DNA of 64,000 nt from Nitrososphaerota archaeon (GTDB lineage: Archaea > Thermoproteota > Nitrososphaeria > Nitrososphaerales > JACQRY01): NCBI GenBank assembly GCA_016184315.1, contig JACPCU010000014.1, forward strand, positions 64,724-128,723, written 5' to 3'. Shown here one piece after another: positions 61,495 through 64,000 of the stretch. The notes beneath the pieces were generated by a model. That model did no database searches. It saw only the letters and a list, made by a program, of their open reading frames with translations, and had not been told where the DNA came from. Within the stretch, counting starts at the first letter, position 1. Each line of letters begins with the position of its first letter. The position numbers were made by a program, and so were the translations under genes.

Positions 61495-61911
61495 ATGAGC
61501 GAAAACTACTCTTTACCTGTGAACGAGAAGGCCTATGACACTTTGGCGAAGGCAAGAAAAACAGGAGAGAATTTCTCCGATGTCATCATGCGTCTGGCTT
61601 CTACGAAGCTAGTAGGTCTTCAGAAGCGAGGAGAACAGGTCATCACAAGTTCAGATGGAAAGAAGATCAGCATCAAGATCGAGCAGGACCTGTGCTTTGG
61701 AGCCGAGAGCTGTGTTAACTTGGCACCCATGGTTTTCGCTCTTGATGTGAGTCACTTGGGCTTCGGTCGAAAAGGTTCTGAGCCTCTGGGCATGATGGAT
61801 GTCCCGGAGGGTTCGGTTACAAGTGAAACAGTTGTTTTGGCGGCGCGTTCATGTCCCTATCGAGCCATAATTGTGAAGGATGTAGAGTCAGGGGAGCAGT
61901 TGTCTCCGTAG
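61495..61911 (+). CDS. Fusion of a VapB-type (PF02697-like) antitoxin domain and a single-cluster ferredoxin domain
   Basis: The N-terminus reads YSLPVNEKAYDTLAKARKTGENFSDVIMRL (compare the 5036 antitoxin). The C-terminus reads KIEQDLCFGAESCVNLAPMVF...AARSCPYRAI, a ferredoxin pattern with three Cys. An alternative TTG start is at 61483. Confidence 0.6.
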   Translation: MSENYSLPVNEKAYDTLAKARKTGENFSDVIMRLASTKLVGLQKRGEQVITSSDGKKISIKIEQDLCFGAESCVNLAPMVFALDVSHLGFGRKGSEPLGMMDVPEGSVTSETVVLAARSCPYRAIIVKDVESGEQLSP

Positions 61912-62008
61912 GCCGCCGTCGCGATTTGCACTGATGTTAACTAATATCGAATGGTTGGACGGCAGTTGGAGGGCTTCATTCAGCCACGTTGCATGGGGTT
62001 GGCGTTGT

Positions 62009-62965
62009 TTAGAGGCTTGTTTTCATCGGTCTTTTCTCGTATTCTAGTAGTTCTTTTAGTCCTTCGCGGATGGAGTAGTGGGGCTCGTAGTTGAAGTCTT
62101 GTCTTGCGGCGGAGATGTCGAAGACGCCTCCTTCCATAGTTTGGGGGAGGTTTTTGGCTGTGGTGGAGACTTCTCTTCCGGCTTTTATCTGGGCTCCGGG
62201 GATAAGTTCTTGGACTGTGTCTACGAGCTCTCCTATTGTGGTTGCTCCGGAGTTTATGTTGTAGAAGAGGCTGCTGGTCTTGCCGGTTTTGCTGGCTAGG
62301 AAATGGGCTCTGGCTGCGTCTTTGACGTATGTGGTGTACATGGTTGTACTGCGGTCGTATGGTAGGGCTGCTGGTTGTCCTCTTAGGGGTTTGCCTAGGG
62401 CTTCGTCGGTTATTCCGCTGATGCCTGTTCTCTGGCCGGGTCCGTAGATGAGTCTCAGTCTGAGTCCGTTGATTACTAGGCCGTATTTGCTGGTGTATGT
62501 TTCGCAGTAGCCTTCGCTTGCGAGTTTGGTTATTCCGTAGAAGCTGTTTGGTCTCCTAGGATAGTCTTCTTTGATTAGGGCGTCGTCTTGGGTGGGGCCG
62601 TAGACGCTGGAGGTGCTTGTGTAAACCATTTTCTCTATGTCGGTCAGCCTGCAGGCTTCAAGGACGTTCACTGTGCCTAGGAAGTTTACTTTGGCTGCGG
62701 CTACGGGTCTGTTGTTGGATTCCTTGGTGAGGAGGGAGGCTGTTTGGATGATTTTCTTTACGTTGTTGTCTTTGATGGCCTGCGCTATCTCAGCTAGGTT
62801 CAGCATGTCTCCTTTGACGTGTTTGACTTTGTCGGCTGCTTCTCCCAGGATAGTCTTCGGGGGAGGAGCTAGGTCGAAGACGATGGGTGTTTCGCCGCTG
62901 TGAAGTATTTCTAACGCGATGTGGGCGCCTACGTTGCCCGAGCCACCGATAATCATGGTGCTCAT
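62009..62965 (-). CDS. NAD-dependent epimerase/dehydratase (extended SDR)
   Basis: 318 aa with IIGGSGNVGAHI (GxxGxxG) and YGITKLASE (YxxxK). Confidence 0.9.
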   Translation of the reverse strand: MSTMIIGGSGNVGAHIALEILHSGETPIVFDLAPPPKTILGEAADKVKHVKGDMLNLAEIAQAIKDNNVKKIIQTASLLTKESNNRPVAAAKVNFLGTVNVLEACRLTDIEKMVYTSTSSVYGPTQDDALIKEDYPRRPNSFYGITKLASEGYCETYTSKYGLVINGLRLRLIYGPGQRTGISGITDEALGKPLRGQPAALPYDRSTTMYTTYVKDAARAHFLASKTGKTSSLFYNINSGATTIGELVDTVQELIPGAQIKAGREVSTTAKNLPQTMEGGVFDISAARQDFNYEPHYSIREGLKELLEYEKRPMKTSL

Positions 62966-63083
62966 GGGTTGGAAAGGGTCGGGATAGTCATGTCCTAGAT
63001 AAACGAATCTTTAGGCTTCTTGAGATCGACAGAGGTGTATTGAAGTTGGATATTGTCTGAGTAGCTTGCTTGTGTAGCGGGGA

Positions 63084-63103
63084 GACCCCCCTTACAATAT
63101 AAA
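63084..63103 (-). promoter_or_regulatory. Shared TATA-containing motif (copy 2), upstream of the epimerase gene
   Basis: The plus strand reads GACCCCCCTTACAATATAAA. It matches 32298-32318 apart from one C. Confidence 0.35.
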
Positions 63104-63176
63104 TTTGAAGTTACCTTATCCTCGGCTTTTTTTCACGGCGACATGACATTGATCTGCGGTCAAGGGTCTTACAGAG

Positions 63177-63725
63177 TTAGAGTGTTTCTTCGGTTGCTTC
63201 TTCATAGATTTTTAGGTCATAGGGAGAGAAGAGGGTGAAGACGACTTCCCGCAGGCTACTTTCTTTGTGCAGGAATTCCGTGACTGTCTTCAAGGCTACT
63301 CGGCTGGCCTTTTCAATAGGGTATCCGTATGCTCCTGTGCTGATCGAAGGAAAAGATATGCTCTTCAGGTCTTTGGAGGCTGCTAGGCTGAGCGAGTTGC
63401 GATAGCAATCTGCTAGGAGGTTTGGTTCGCCGTGGTTTCCGCCTCTCCATACGGGTCCAACGGTGTGGATTACGTGTCTGGCCTTCAGTTTGCCTCCTGT
63501 GGTTATGACTGCTTTCCCTGTTGGTAGTCCGCTAGGCCATTCTGTTTTTCGTATCTTCTTGCATTCTTCATGTATCTTGGGTCCGCCTCGGCGGTGTATG
63601 GCTCCGTCCACTCCTCCTCCGCCCATTAGGCTTGAGTTAGCCGCGTTCACTACTGCGTCTGTTTCCTGATCGGTTATGTCTCCTTGGATAATACTGATCT
63701 TTGTTTGGCCTAGTATTCTTTCCAT
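63177..63725 (-). CDS. Macro-domain protein (ADP-ribose/O-acetyl-ADP-ribose hydrolase, Af1521/YmdB-like)
   Basis: 182 aa with DITDQETDAVVNAANSSLMGGGGVDGAIH and ISTGAYGYP. Confidence 0.9.
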   Translation of the reverse strand: MERILGQTKISIIQGDITDQETDAVVNAANSSLMGGGGVDGAIHRRGGPKIHEECKKIRKTEWPSGLPTGKAVITTGGKLKARHVIHTVGPVWRGGNHGEPNLLADCYRNSLSLAASKDLKSISFPSISTGAYGYPIEKASRVALKTVTEFLHKESSLREVVFTLFSPYDLKIYEEATEETL

Positions 63726-64000
63726 GTGCTTACGCCATTTCAGATAATAGTCTGAGTTGCTTTGATATTTTAGTGCTTGGACAGTCAGTTTTCGGTTAGT
63801 TGGGGATATTGTTCAGTTGTCGAGAGTCGCTGGGTTTGGAGCACTGACATAGACCTCGTTTAGGGAGGGGTTATACAAAGCGGGTAAAATGAACACGCCT
63901 GAAGCCTGAATAGGTGTGTTGTGCAGTGTTGCATAATCATAGCGAATAATCAAGGAAATTTGATTCGAGTGCGCTTGAGCTGACGGCATCACCCCTACTC

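Noticed and set aside
1-64000. CRISPR arrays, cas genes, rRNA genes, integrases and full-length transposases.
   Set aside because: I found no regularly spaced direct repeats and no matching protein motifs in any frame. The only transposon-related coding sequence is the tnpB stump at 48859..49173.

Overview
This is an archaeal chromosomal segment. The archaeal assignment rests on an HMf-type histone, ribosomal protein S17e, the bifunctional FBP aldolase/phosphatase, a short archaeal-type TPI, KEOPS Cgi121 with Sua5, a PolX-PHP polymerase, and a tRNA carrying a short intron. I saw no rRNA genes, CRISPR array, cas genes or integrase.

Layout:
- 0-6.1 kb: a dense type II toxin-antitoxin island (AbrB/VapB-PIN pairs and a DUF4258/zinc-ribbon pair). 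Two PIN genes are truncated, and a small virus-like module with a fibre-like protein is embedded in the island.
- 6.3-13.5 kb: a KaiC-like ATPase operon with wHTH, V4R and small membrane proteins, then another vapBC pair.
- 14.7-17.2 kb: a tRNA-like 3' fragment, phage-like gene stumps and an ABC-ATPase-GNAT fusion protein.
- 18-38 kb: mostly housekeeping and metabolic genes (TrmB-like regulator, UbiA, PolX, DMT transporter, SDR, TusA, XDH/CoxL-family large subunit, M1 aminopeptidase, OCD, tRNA-Glu, histone, S17e, Ubl, Cgi121, Sua5, Fbp, TpiA, GdhA).
- 38-48 kb and 56-60 kb: a second membrane+V4R pair and a catabolic-looking set (enolase-superfamily enzyme, amidohydrolase, orphan solute-binding protein, second XDH/CoxL large subunit, LLM oxidoreductase, DUF3830, HyuA/HyuB).
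- 48.9-50.2 kb: a 1.3-kb unit bounded by perfect 22-bp inverted repeats and 9-bp direct repeats. It carries a tnpB stump and an intact HEPN-like ORF.
- 50.5-64 kb: ArsR-TM regulator, SIMPL, GyrI-like, ProC, MBL hydrolase, secreted metzincin, a VapB-like/ferredoxin fusion, epimerase and macro domain.

The most unusual signals:
- The TIR/TSD-bounded element with HEPN-like cargo.
- A patchwork of very strong strand-specific amino/keto (A+C versus G+T) skew. Its boundaries cut through genes, and noncoding tracts inside it are close to pure G/T or A/C.
- The ABC-ATPase-GNAT fusion next to phage-like remnants.
- The antitoxin-like/ferredoxin fusion.
- Duplicated membrane+V4R modules around a KaiC-like operon.

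All functional calls come from reading motifs by eye. No database search was run.
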